Part shown: positions 45,401 through 59,454 of the stretch, piece by piece
How positions within the stretch are numbered: the stretch's first letter is position 1
Layout of the letters: the number at the start of each line of letters is the position of its first letter
Source of the DNA: Macrostomum lignano
Taxonomy: Eukaryota
Reading direction: 5' to 3'
Assembly (NCBI GenBank): GCA_002269645.1
Contig: NIVC01001003.1
Span: forward strand, 62,001 to 126,000
DNA: 64,000 bases
Program-made: the position numbers and the translations under genes
Notes under the pieces: generated by a model
Databases searched by the model: none
The model's input: only the letters and a program-made list of their open reading frames with translations
What the model was told of the DNA's origin: nothing

Positions 45401-47389
45401 AATAATCAAAAGTTTCATAGATGGGACTTAAGAGATAGAGTTTTAAGTTCTAACTAACCAACTCCAACAAAGTTCTTCCAACAAAGGAGTTGGCCTGGTT
45501 GTAAGATGGAGAGCCAGTAGTTCAATTGGACTAAGAATTAGGTTGTCTGGCCATAGGCCAAGTCATTTCTGAAATTAAAAAAATTACATTAAAATAATTT
45601 AATGCAAGAAACTAGGATTATACCAGTTGATTTAAAATAAACATATAAAAATATTTTTAAAACCTTAAACTTTAATTGATCAAACCTTAAGCTTTTAATT
45701 ATTATATAATATAAATTTTACATATCTATATGCCAATAGATATTATAATAAAAGTTTATTATAAAGTAAAATAATATGGCAAGTTGTTTTTACTTTTTAA
45801 TTTAATAAGGGTTTACAAACTTAAAACTTTATTGGGTGGCCAGAATTGATAACAACATCACACTTAAAATTATAGCTATGAGATATATATATCCTGCCAC
45901 ATAGTATAGGTCTACGAGTAACTAATAAGCTACATAGCTTGTATATAGTACATAGAATAGGAATAGACCATCTTATACTTTTCTAATATTCTTTAACATA
46001 TAATGTTGCTAATTAGCAATAGAAACAAAATGTGTATTGATTATTGTGTCAATGATAAAATAGAAATCAAGGATTCAAGTAAAGTTCATTCCTAGTTAAA
46101 TCATCTTGAAATCCAATCTAGCAATTAAAATTAAGTCAAGAACTCAAAAGTTATTAATATTTGTATTTTATAGAATTGAGAAACATTTTAAGATTTCTAT
46201 TTCTAATATAGAATAGAGGCTATAGTAGAAATTATCTGGGTTTTTAAAGGTTAGAAATCCAGTTGCCAGCTGGCCCTTAGGGCTCAAAATCCAGTTGCTA
46301 ATGGCTATTTTTGGTTGCCCATTGGCAACTAGCCAAATTCTCAAGGATGGATATTTCTAAGGCTATGTTTGAAAAGCAGAAATTTGTTCTTTCAACTCTA
46401 AGATTGCTATCTATGCTTCAAATAATAACAAACTAATAATTCCATCATATTGATTTATATGGCACTTTTATTACATTTAAAAAATCATTTTTTAAAATTG
46501 GCAAACTGGCACAGAGAAAATAAAGTAGCCAGATTAGCCTTTGATGCCGAAAATCAAATTGCCAATAAGATTTTCAAGGGGCCAAAAAGCCCTGTATGGC
46601 CTAAAAAACCCAAGAGTAAAATAAATGCTTCATATATCAAAAGTTTAAAGATAGGCCTACATTTCAATCTTAGAGCCTATAATGCATTATAAATGAGAAA
46701 TATATGCTTTAGGTGCACTGCATTGAAAATAGCACTCTTACTTTAAGCCTAAGAAAGGTATTTGTTATGGCTATTAGTCATTTTGGCAACAAGATATTTT
46801 GGCAATAAATACTTTAATAATAAGACATTTAGAAGCTCATAACATAACAGTCATTTTAGCAACAATTTTAGGCCATTTTGGCAAATTTTCCAAATATATC
46901 AATTTAACAAAATAAAGAAGCAGCTGCTATTTATTATTTAAAATTAAATGGACTATTTAATTCTATTTTTTATTTCAATGACTTTTATTCAATTTTAAAT
47001 CAATAAGTTTTTCAACTAGGCCTATTTTAACAAAGTGTATATATACATAAGTTAACATGATTAACTTTTATTTTTATTTTGCTATTCTAATTATACTTTA
47101 CAAGCTGTTGAAACCCCCGGATTTTGAACCCGGGGAATTTCAATCCCCGGAACTACTTTTGCATGTATTCTGAAATCTAAGGTCATACACAAACAAAAAC
47201 TTGTTAATAGTTAGTAGGATAGAGGTAGACATAAAATGGACACATTTGTGTAAAATTAGGATTTGAGGCAAACATTGATATTGTTGGCTGGGGTACTGCA
47301 CAGAATGTTAGGCAATGTCTGTCTGACTCTAAAACATGTATTGGCAAACTCTGGCCTCTCCCTGACTCTCCCTATGTCCCTTGGATCCT

Positions 47390-48950
<1,561 letters not shown>

Positions 48951-48951
48951 C

Positions 48952-50066
48952 TGCTGGCGCACATCGGCGACATCCGGCACGCCCGTGACACTCCGGTGGC
49001 CCGCCATTTCACCAGTGATGGCCACAGTCTGGCGGACTTCGCCTTCACCGGCATCTGGTCTCGTGACGGCACGGGACCCAGAGCGAACGAGCGGCGGCAG
49101 CGCCACGAGGCCAAGCTCATCGAGGTGTTAAAGACTCAAACCCCGCACGGCGTCAATGAGCTTGCCGGCACGCTGCACAACCCGGCCATCCCGCTGATCC
49201 TGCCCCATTGTGCGAGGGGACGCCCTGGTGGCCGCGGTGAAGGACCGCGTGGCCCGGTGCTGCAAGGCGCCGGTGCTGCCCGCCTACACCAAAGGGCGGA
49301 ACCTCCGGCAGCTGCTCTGTCCCAGTCGACTGGAGTCCACCACTGATTGAATTTTTGTATTTTTTCCTTTTGATTTTTTACTTCACTTTCCCTTCTACTT
49401 ACCTTTGTCAGACCGTGCCGGTACCTACCAAGCCTTTTGTTGCTCCTTTCTTAGAAATTTTTTTATTCTCATCGCTAGCCCAAGCTCAGCTTTTGTATAT
49501 TCTCAGCATTTATTCTGCATCAACATTTCTATTGTTTCTTGACACCCTGTACTTTTTATTACACTTTTTACTTTTACTCTTTTGCTTATCGTACAATTGC
49601 TCTTTTTTAAGTTTTTGAGGGCCTTTCACCTTATTTATTTATTTATTGATTTACTGCTTATTTATTTATTGAGGTCAATTTTGTAAAGTGCTTAGAGTCA
49701 CTCTTTCCCCTTTTTAGACACCGGTGCAGTCGCACTATTCCATTATTTATTTCGTGTGTAGGATCGCTGCAGCCCACGTGCGGTTCACTTTATTTGTGCA
49801 CTGTTTTTTATTTTGCATTTTCAACTCTAATAGTGTTTTATCGACTCACACCAAGTGTACATACCGTACGCTCTCTATCTACCTGCCTACTCTCTCTCCC
49901 CTCTAACCCGCCTATTTAATAACTTTTACAACACCACTTGTCGCTACTACTTTTCACTTGCCCTGACGAAGAATTTACCTAATTCGAAATATCGGCAACT
50001 TAAATCATCTTGACTTGTTTGTCCTTTTTACATGTACCGTGTCCGTGCCTGAGATTGGAGGCGCCC
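48952..50066 (+). mobile_element. Penelope-like element 3' fragment, copy 1 (further 5'-deleted, 2-nt deletion)
   Basis: Near-identical to copies 2 and 3 from MLAHIGD onward; carries the 3' UTR and hammerhead. Confidence 0.8.
49958..49998 (+). ncRNA. Minimal type I hammerhead ribozyme, copy 1
   Basis: TTGCC-CTGACGA-A-GAATT(TACCT)AATTC-GAAA-TA-TC-GGCAA: stem I, core with one extra A, stem II, GAAA, palindromic ATAT stem III; predicted cleavage after C49993. Confidence 0.85.
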
Positions 50067-50071
50067 TCCTC

Positions 50072-50143
<72 letters not shown>

Positions 50144-50944
50144 ATCTCCCATCTCTCTTCTCCTCTCTACTCTCTCCCCTCTTCATTCTCCTATTTCCTC
50201 TTCTCTCTCCCTGTCTTTCCTCTCTCCTCTAGTCTCTGTAATCTCTTCTCTCTTATCTCTCCTCTGTTCTCTCTACTCTCCCATCTCTCGTCTGTTCACC
50301 CTTATCTCTGCTCTCTCATCTGTTATCTTTACTCTCTAATACGTTCTCTCACTTATCTCCTCTGTACTCTTCTCTTTCACCTCTTCTGACTCCTCTCTTT
50401 CCTTACTCCTCTCTTCTTTTTCTTCCCTCTTCTATACTCTCTCTCCTCTATTATCTTCTCTCGTCTCTCTGCACTCTCCTCTCACCTTTTTCATCTCTCA
50501 TCTTTACTTTCTCATCTCTCCTTTCATTTGTCTCATCTCTACAATCTCATCTCTCCTTTCTCCCCTCTTCTTTCACCACTCTCTTATCTCTATCTCTTCT
50601 CTTCTTACTCCTCTCTCCCCTCTTATCTCCTCTCTACTCTCTCCTCTCTAATCTCTCCTCTCCTCATGACCCTCTGTCATTTTCTTTCTGCTCTCTCATC
50701 TCTACTCTCTTCTCACTCTTCTTTACTCTCCTCTCATCGATCCTCTGTCTCATCTCTCCCCTCTTCTCACCTTTACTCTTTCCTCTCCCTCCTTTCTCCC
50801 CTCCTCTCGCTTCTTCCTCCCTTCTTCTCTGCTCTCTCCTCACCACTTGTCTCTCTTCTTATCTTCCATGTTTGCTCTTATCCCCCTCTCGCCTCTCCTC
50901 TCTTCTAATCCTTCTCCTTTCCACTCTCATCTGGCCCACACATA

Positions 50945-52242
50945 AGCTGCCAGGCACACGCCAGGTTCGCCTCCGTCTGCCCCGGATCAGCAGCCACGAC
51001 AGTCCAGCTCATCATCAGTCAGCGGATCGACTGCAACGCCACCAACGCCGTCTATGCCGTGTTCTGCCGCCGGTGCGACCACACGATCTACGTAGGCGAG
51101 ACCGCCAACAGCATCCGCGGCCGCATGCTGGCGCACATCGGCGACATCCGGCACGCCCGTGACACTCCGGTGGCCCGCCATTTCACCAGTGATGGCCACA
51201 GTCTGGCGGACTTCGCCTTCACCGGCATCTGGTCTCGTGACGGCACGGGACCCAGAGCGAACGAGCGGCGGCAGCGCCACGAGGCCAAGCTCATCGAGGT
51301 GTTAAAGACTCAAACCCCGCACGGCGTCAATGAGCTTGCCGGCACGCTGCACAACCCGGCCATCCCGCTGATCCTGCCCCATTGTGCGAGGTTGGACGCC
51401 CTGGTGGCCGCGGTGAAGGACCGCGTGGCCCGGTGCTGCAAGGCGCCGGTGCTGCCCGCCTACACCAAAGGGCGGAACCTCCGGCAGCTGCTCTGTCCCA
51501 GTCGACTGGAGTCCACCACTGATTGAATTTTTGTATTTTTTCCTTTTGATTTTTTACTTCACTTTCCCTTCTACTTACCTTTGTCAGACCGTGCCGGTAC
51601 CTACCAAGCCTTTTGTTGCTCCTTTCTTAGAAATTTTTTTATTCTCATCGCTAGCCCAAGCTCAGCTTTTGTATATTCTCAGCATTTATTCTGCATCAAC
51701 ATTTCTATTGTTTCTTGACACCCTGTACTTTTTATTACACTTTTTACTTTTACTCTTTTGCTTATCGTACAATTGCTCTTTTTTAAGTTTTTGAGGGCCT
51801 TTCACCTTATTTATTTATTTATTGATTTACTGCTTATTTATTTATTGAGGTCAATTTTGTAAAGTGCTTAGAGTCACTCTTTCCCCTTTTTAGACACCGG
51901 TGCAGTCGCACTATTCCATTATTTATTTCGTGTGTAGGATCGCTGCAGCCCACGTGCGGTTCACTTTATTTGTGCACTGTTTTTTATTTTGCATTTTCAA
52001 CTCTAATAGTGTTTTATCGACTCACACCAAGTGTACATACCGTACGCTCTCTATCTACCTGCCTACTCTCTCTCCCCTCTAACCCGCCTATTTAATAACT
52101 TTTACAACACCACTTGTCGCTACTACTTTTCACTTGCCCTGACGAAGAATTTACCTAATTCGAAATATCGGCAACTTAAATCATCTTGACTTGTTTGTCC
52201 TTTTTACATGTACCGTGTCCGTGCCTGAGATTGGAGGCGCCC
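50945..52242 (+). mobile_element. Penelope-like element 3' fragment, copy 2: open GIY-YIG endonuclease frame (50945-51526), 3' UTR and hammerhead
   Basis: IDCNATNAVYAVFCRRCDHTIYVGETANSIRGRMLAH..PVARHF..HEAKLI..PHGVN shows the GIY-YIG Tyr/Tyr/Arg/Glu/Asn residues plus the C..C and H..H positions typical of PLE endonucleases. No RT is present. Confidence 0.88.
52134..52174 (+). ncRNA. Minimal type I hammerhead ribozyme, copy 2
   Basis: Identical to copy 1; predicted cleavage after C52169. Confidence 0.85.
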
Positions 52243-52247
52243 TCCTC

Positions 52248-52321
<74 letters not shown>

Positions 52322-53123
52322 ATCTCCCATCTCTCTTCTCCTCTCTACTCTCTCCCCTCTTCATTCTCCTATTTCCTCTTCTCTCTCCCTGTCTTTCCTC
52401 TCTCCTCTAGTCTCTGTAATCTCTTCTCTCTTATCTCTCCTCTGTTCTCTCTACTCTCCCATCTCTCGTCTGTTCACCCTTATCTCTGCTCTCTCATCTG
52501 TTATCTTTACTCTCTAATACGTTCTCTCACTTATCTCCTCTGTACTCTTCTCTTTCACCTCTTCTGACTCCTCTCTTTCCTTACTCCTCTCTTCTTTTTC
52601 TTCCCTCTTCTATACTCTCTCTCCTCTATTATCTTCTCTCGTCTCTCTGCACTCTCCTCTCACCTTTTTCATCTCTCATCTTTACTTTCTCATCTCTCCT
52701 TTCATTTGTCTCATCTCTACAATCTCATCTCTCCTTTCTCCCCTCTTCTTTCACCACTCTCTTATCTCTATCTCTTCTCTTCTTACTCCTCTCTCCCCCT
52801 CTTATCTCCTCTCTACTCTCTCCTCTCTAATCTCTCCTCTCCTCATGACCCTCTGTCATTTTCTTTCTGCTCTCTCATCTCTACTCTCTTCTCACTCTTC
52901 TTTACTCTCCTCTCATCGATCCTCTGTCTCATCTCTCCCCTCTTCTCACCTTTACTCTTTCCTCTCCCTCCTTTCTCCCCTCCTCTCGCTTCTTCCTCCC
53001 TTCTTCTCTGCTCTCTCCTCACCACTTGTCTCTCTTCTTATCTTCCATGTTTGCTCTTATCCCCCTCTCGCCTCTCCTCTCTTCTAATCCTTCTCCTTTC
53101 CACTCTCATCTGGCCCACACATA

Positions 53124-54420
53124 AGCTGCCAGGCACACGCCAGGTTCGCCTCCGTCTGCCCCGGATCAGCAGCCACGACAGTCCAGCTCATCATCAGTCA
53201 GCGGATCGACTGCAACGCCACCAACGCCGTCTATGCCGTGTTCTGCCGCCGGTGCGACCACACGATCTACGTAGGCGAGACCGCCAACAGCATCCGCGGC
53301 CGCATGCTGGCGCACATCGGCGACATCCGGCACGCCCGTGACACTCCGGTGGCCCGCCATTTCACCAGTGATGGCCACAGTCTGGCGGACTTCGCCTTCA
53401 CCGGCATCTGGTCTCGTGACGGCACGGGACCCAGAGCGAACGAGCGGCGGCAGCGCCACGAGGCCAAGCTCATCGAGGTGTTAAAGACTCAAACCCGCAC
53501 GGCGTCAATGAGCTTGCCGGCACGCTGCACAACCCGGCCATCCCGCTGATCCTGCCCCATTGTGCGAGGTTGGACGCCCTGGTGGCCGCGGTGAAGGACC
53601 GCGTGGCCCGGTGCTGCGAGGCGCCGGTGCTGCCCGCCTACACCAAAGGGCGGAACCTCCGGCAGCTGCTCTGTCCCAGTCGACTGGAGTCCACCACTGA
53701 TTGAATTTTAGTATTTTTTCCTTTTGATTTTTTACTTCACTTTCCCTTCTACTTACCTTTGTCAGACCGTGCCGGTACCTACCAAGCCTTTTGTTGCTCC
53801 TTTCTTAGAAATTTTTTTATTCTCATCGCTAGCCCAAGCTCAGCTTTTGTATATTCTCAGCATTTATTCTGCATCAACATTTCTATTGTTTCTTGACACC
53901 CTGTACTTTTTATTACACTTTTTACTTTTACTCTTTTGCTTATCGTACAATTGCTCTTTTTTAAGTTTTTGAGGGCCTTTCACCTTATTTATTTATTTAT
54001 TGATTTACTGCTTATTTATTTATTGAGGTCAATTTTGTAAAGTGCTTAGAGTCACTCTTTCCCCTTTTTAGACACCGGTGCAGTCGCACTATTCCATTAT
54101 TTATTTCGTGTGTAGGATCGCTGCAGCCCACGTGCGGTTCACTTTATTTGTGCACTGTTTTTTATTTTGCATTTTCAACTCTAATAGTGTTTTATCGACT
54201 CACACCAAGTGTACATACCGTACGCTCTCTATCTACCTGCCTACTCTCTCTCCCCTCTAACCCGCCTATTTAATAACTTTTACAACACCACTTGTCGCTA
54301 CTACTTTTCACTTGCCCTGACGAAGAATTTACCTAATTCGAAATATCGGCAACTTAAATCATCTTGACTTGTTTGTCCTTTTTACATGTACCGTGTCCGT
54401 GCCTGAGATTGGAGGCGCCC
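53124..54420 (+). mobile_element. Penelope-like element 3' fragment, copy 3 (1-nt deletion frameshift near 53495)
   Basis: Near-identical to copy 2; has CAAACCCGCAC where copy 2 has CAAACCCCGCAC. Confidence 0.85.
54312..54352 (+). ncRNA. Minimal type I hammerhead ribozyme, copy 3
   Basis: Identical to copy 1; predicted cleavage after C54347. Confidence 0.85.
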
Positions 54421-54425
54421 TCCTC

Positions 54426-54497
<72 letters not shown>

Positions 54498-55301
54498 ATC
54501 TCCCATCTCTCTTCTCCTCTCTACTCTCTCCCCTCTTCATTCTCCTATTTCCTCTTCTCTCTCCCTGTCTTTCCTCTCTCCTCTAGTCTCTGTAATCTCT
54601 TCTCTCTTATCTCTCCTCTGTTCTCTCTACTCTCCCATCTCTCGTCTGTTCACCCTTATCTCTGCTCTCTCATCTGTTATCTTTACTCTCTAATACGTTC
54701 TCTCACTTATCTCCTCTGTACTCTTCTCTTTCACCTCTTCTGACTCCTCTCTTTCCTTACTCCTCTCTTCTTTTTCTTCCCTCTTCTATACTCTCTCTCC
54801 TCTATTATCTTCTCTCGTCTCTCTGCACTCTCCTCTCACCTTTTTCATCTCTCATCTTTACTTTCTCATCTCTCCTTTCATTTGTCTCATCTCTACAATC
54901 TCATCTCTCCTTTCTCCCCTCTTTTTTCACCCCTCTCTTATCTCTATCTCTTCTCTTCTTACTCCTCTCTCCCCCTCTTATCTCCTCTCTACTCTCTCCT
55001 CTCTAATCTCTCCTCTCCTCATGACCCTCTGTCATTTTCTTTCTGCTCTCTCATCTCTACTCTCTTCTCACTCTTCTTTACTCTCCTCTCATCGATCCTC
55101 TGTCTCATCTCTCCCCTCTTCTCACCTTTACTCTTTCCTCTCCCTCCTTTCTCCCCTCCTCTCGCTTCTTCCTCCCTTCTTCTCTGCTCTCTCCTCACCA
55201 CTTGTCTCTCTTCTTATCTTCCATGTTTGCTCTTATCCCCCTCTCGCCTCTCCTCTCTTCTAATCCTTCTCCTTTCCACTCTCATCTGGCCCACACATAA
55301 G

Positions 55302-56529
55302 CTAGATTCTTTATCTGGCTTTTGAAGTAAAAGTCTGCCAATCCCTGCTTTGAAAGCCAGTTTGTGGGACGTACTACTCTCATCGTTATTCTCATGCTTT
55401 GATCACGTCATCTTTCTTGCCAATTTGCAGCCCTGAAAGGAATTTGTGTATCTTCAGCTCCACTGCAGTCTGCATCAGTCTAACAACCAAGGAAATATGC
55501 ATTTCTTAGGCCATTTAAATTTAAAGTACTTTTAAGAGAAACTTAAAATTTCAATGGTGTGCCTAATTTAGTAGGGTTGTATTTCATTGCATTGCATTGC
55601 CTTTTCATAAATCTTTTGCTTTTACAAACCATGCTGGATTGCCTCAATTTGCCAATTGCCATCCACTGTTAAACTGTTGCAGAGTTTGCCTATACAGAGG
55701 GGAGGGCAGTGGTTAGAATTTCTCACTAAATTGTTATCGCTAAACATAGCCTCTCCACTCTCGGGGTGCGAGATTGCGAGAAGGCTATAAATAAAGTTAT
55801 TCCAAAACACTGTACATTTGCTATCTACATTCAATCCTATCGTCTGATCCTTTGTCTGGCTCTGGGGGAATGAGTGAGTGAGTGGCACAAACAACAGAAA
55901 AAGCAGACAAACTTCACATGCTTACAGTTTCCGTCCTGATTGAGATACAGAGTTTAGACTTTACATTTAGACAGAGAATGAGTCAATGAAGAATTGTGTC
56001 AAGTTTGAAGTCAATCGCTTCACATGGAGCAAACTTATGGCAGCTGAAAGTTAGTCAATTTTGAAACCCTTTTACACATCTGGGCCCAGATTGGTATTGG
56101 GAAAGAGAGGCAGGCGGGCAGAGGTTGGGATAGTTGCTACGTTAAAAAAAAACAGCCTAACTTTAAACGTGCACAGCACCGCTCAGGATTAATTTTGAGA
56201 CTCAAAAATTTATATAATTGTGCTAAAATAGTTTAAGATTATCTGTGTCAAATTTGAAGAGAATCAGTAGAAGTGGAGCGGCACTATGGAGGATTAAGTG
56301 AAAAAATTGCACATTTTAAGCAGTTTTTTATACTTTTAGGTAGGAAGACTTGAGTCTAGGAAATTTAAAGGTAGCCTAAGACATTCTCCGTAGTAAGTTT
56401 AGGGTGGGTGTAAAGTTTGGTGTCATTTGGTTGAGTGGTTTGGGAGTCCATAGCGATCAAAATTGTACACACACATACACACACACACACACATACACAG
56501 ACAGAGTTTTGATTTTTATATGTAGAGAT
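55302..56529 (+). mobile_element. Probable non-autonomous Helentron/Helitron-associated element (HINE/DINE-like)
   Basis: Starts CTAGA followed by a short hairpin (CTTTT-GAAGT-AAAAG). Ends with AAGTTTGGTGTCATTTGG..(CA)n..TTTTATATGTAGAGAT, an end structure typical of such elements. Recognised by pattern only. Confidence 0.5.
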
Positions 56530-58014
56530 AGTAATATATTATTATCCTTGTCACCTAATTTATACTAATTATAGTTTGTTTTACCCATCAAATAATTAAA
56601 TACAAATAGAAATTGTTTGTTATATCAAGACATATTCTTAAATTTATATTGTTAGGCTTTTGCCAAAATTTCTACCTCTTTTAGTCTTTAGGCCTATTGC
56701 CAATATAAAAATTATTGTCACAAAAAATTCATTTGTCTTAAAATTGTTGCCAAAGTCAGTGTCTATCACTAAAATGCCTTGTTACCAACCAAAGTGACTA
56801 ATAGCCTTTGCTGCGAGTGCTACTTGTAATTTCAAGATATCTATATTATGAAACTGAAATGTTGACATTATCAAATTTTAACCTTATTACTAGATCAGTA
56901 ATATGTATCACTTATTATAAAATGGAAGTGGCTACTATTTGTTTTCTACATTTTGAAACTTTGACCTTGTTAATTTTTTTAAAGTGGCTACTAACTTTTT
57001 GAGTTTTTGATATTGTGAAATTTTGAGTTTGTGAACCTCCCCCTAGGCCCTAGCCCCTAGGCCTATCTCTAAATCAACTTTATAATTATTCTTTCTCATC
57101 TATTTGTAAGATAGGTCCAAATAAGCTAGCAAATTCCAAATTGTTCTTTAAGGAAAGCAGAGCCTTTGAATAGGCGATAGGCCTAGGCTTAGCTGAAAGT
57201 TTAAGCAATGTTCTATAACTGGCAGTGCCTGGCAGTTGGGACTACCTTGCTAGCCTAACTTATACAGTTATACAGCTAACTTATACAGTTACTTATCCAG
57301 CTAGGCCTAGTGCTTCCTAATACTAATCGTAGACTACTAGTACTATACATGATCCTACTATTATACTGGATCCTACTAGTATACTAGCTCACCTCAAACC
57401 TTTGCTTAGTTCCTTTTTGAAGTGTAATAGGCCTAGTTGCTACAATATCAAACAAACCCAATTAAAGTTTGAAAATAATTGACAGCTGTCAATTTTATCT
57501 TTCCTTAATTACAGCTGACTATAAAAACTGCTATCATAAAAATTGAATTTTATAGATTGAATAACTCAGATGAATAATCAGGAAAATAGGTCATTTTGCA
57601 ATTTTTTCTAAGAAATACAAATAAAGTCTAATTCTCAGAAAATTTTGCCCTAGAATAGCCTTAAATGCGTTAGTATGTCTGTTTAACTCATATTTATACT
57701 TATGTATATAAAGTTTAACATATTTTGTTTTTCTGAGATTTCACTGCATTCTCGAATACGAGGGGCTTCGAAACGAAGCGATGCCAGCTTGCAAGAAAGG
57801 ATTTGATTAGTCATTTCAAGTGGTCCCCAGCCAGCCAAGTCGAGTAGTAAGTGGCAGTTGCCACTCGCTGGGTGGGGATACGAGGATATATATTACCGTT
57901 TTCGGAAATTTCCTAATTGGTTCATTCATTTTATGATAAGTTAAGTGTCTTAATTAATTTTTGCATTGCATTTATCTGATCTAGAATTTGTGACACGGAT
58001 TATTGTAAATTCAA

Positions 58015-58055
58015 ACTTTACCGGAATTTCCGGAATTTCACGTGGCGCCTACGCC
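58015..58055. promoter_or_regulatory. Promoter-like motif cluster (two CCGGAA ETS-type sites and E-box CACGTG) in a CpG-retaining island
   Basis: ACCGGAATTTCCGGAATTTCACGTGGCGCC. No linked gene identified. Confidence 0.25.
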
Positions 58056-59302
58056 TAGCTATGGTTATTACCAGCCGTGCCAATTCCGACTGCCAATTCC
58101 GAAGGTTTTTTTCGCCCGATACTGATCAACCGCCGTAGGCCTTGGCCTGGCTCCCAAATTCATGCCGACTTCGGCCTTTGCATTGCTTCTTGTATGCAAT
58201 GCCATTTCGAACTCTCATTCTCAAGTCCTAGCAAAAGTATGTGCATTTAGAAGTATTACTTTTTATTTATGGCATGCGTTTCTGCATGAATTCATCTGGG
58301 AATAATGGTAAATGTAATTGAATTTATTATAGACTTACCAACAGCTTCATACCTGTACATGCATATACATGCCACAGCTTCCTGTAGCCCTCTCCTTCGC
58401 GCTGCAGCTGTGAATTGATTGAAACTGATCAGTCTCGTACATCTACAGCTATAGACTACATGTGTACATGTACATGTTAAATTCTCAAGACTGTTTTTTC
58501 TAGGACTGCTATATACGTCACTACGTGTACATGTAGATGATTCAGTCGGGTTTTTTGTACTCCCATAGTTTGCATTGGCCAAAACGGATCAAAAAGGTAA
58601 AATTACGAACAGTAAAATTAACTGTGTGTTAACGGGAAAGTTACACACTTTACTTGCATTATATTTTTCATGCTTGCATTATATTGGCATGTTAAATAGA
58701 CATAACACGATCTAGCCAGTAAATCTTACATGTAGCCGCGAAGTGGCAGCCCTGTCAATAGGGTGGAGTGGGGTTTCCAGGTTTGAAGAAAAATATTACA
58801 ATTAAAACTTTAATTCAACAAATGAAGAAAAAACGAACTCACAATATAAAACAACATTTTTGGAAAAGTTAAAATCCTAAAATTTTAAAGTACCGACAAT
58901 TAAACAGTTTATACACTTCACGTTTGCTGTACACCTTGCATTATTTACATTATTTAGATACACTGCGATATTTCAATATTTCAATAATATACTTTACCCG
59001 CCCGGCTGCTTCGGTCATTTTTGCAAAGCTTTGGCCAACAAATATCAAGAAGCACTGCACAGCTTGTTGGATTAAACTGGTTCGGAATGACGATAACAAT
59101 AACATAAAATATTGCGATAGCGCTGAGTCAACAAGAACGATTAAAGATTAAATCAATAAGTCCCTGAAGCTGGCTCAACACTTGGTGAAGTCAAAACAGA
59201 CCAGTCAACATGCTATCATTTTTCGCAAGAAATGCTTTGCAAACATCAACAAGTCAATAGAGCAGGAAAGCTATTGTGTATAAGACGCAGCATTTACATG
59301 TA

Positions 59303-59378
59303 CAGTGGCTGGTCCAAAGGAGGTCAAGGAGGTCAACTGCCCCCACCCTTTGTGGAAACATTTTTGGATCCGCCCTTG
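59303..59378. mobile_element. 76-bp miniature inverted-repeat element
   Basis: Left CAGTGGCTGGTCCAAA versus right reverse-complement CAAGGGCGGATCCAAA (12/16 match). No TSD found. Confidence 0.45.
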
Positions 59379-59454
59379 GAGCAATTTGGATTTAGAATTG
59401 GAGCAATTCTAAAAAATTTCTCAGCAACCAATAATCCCTTGTTCTGTCCACATA

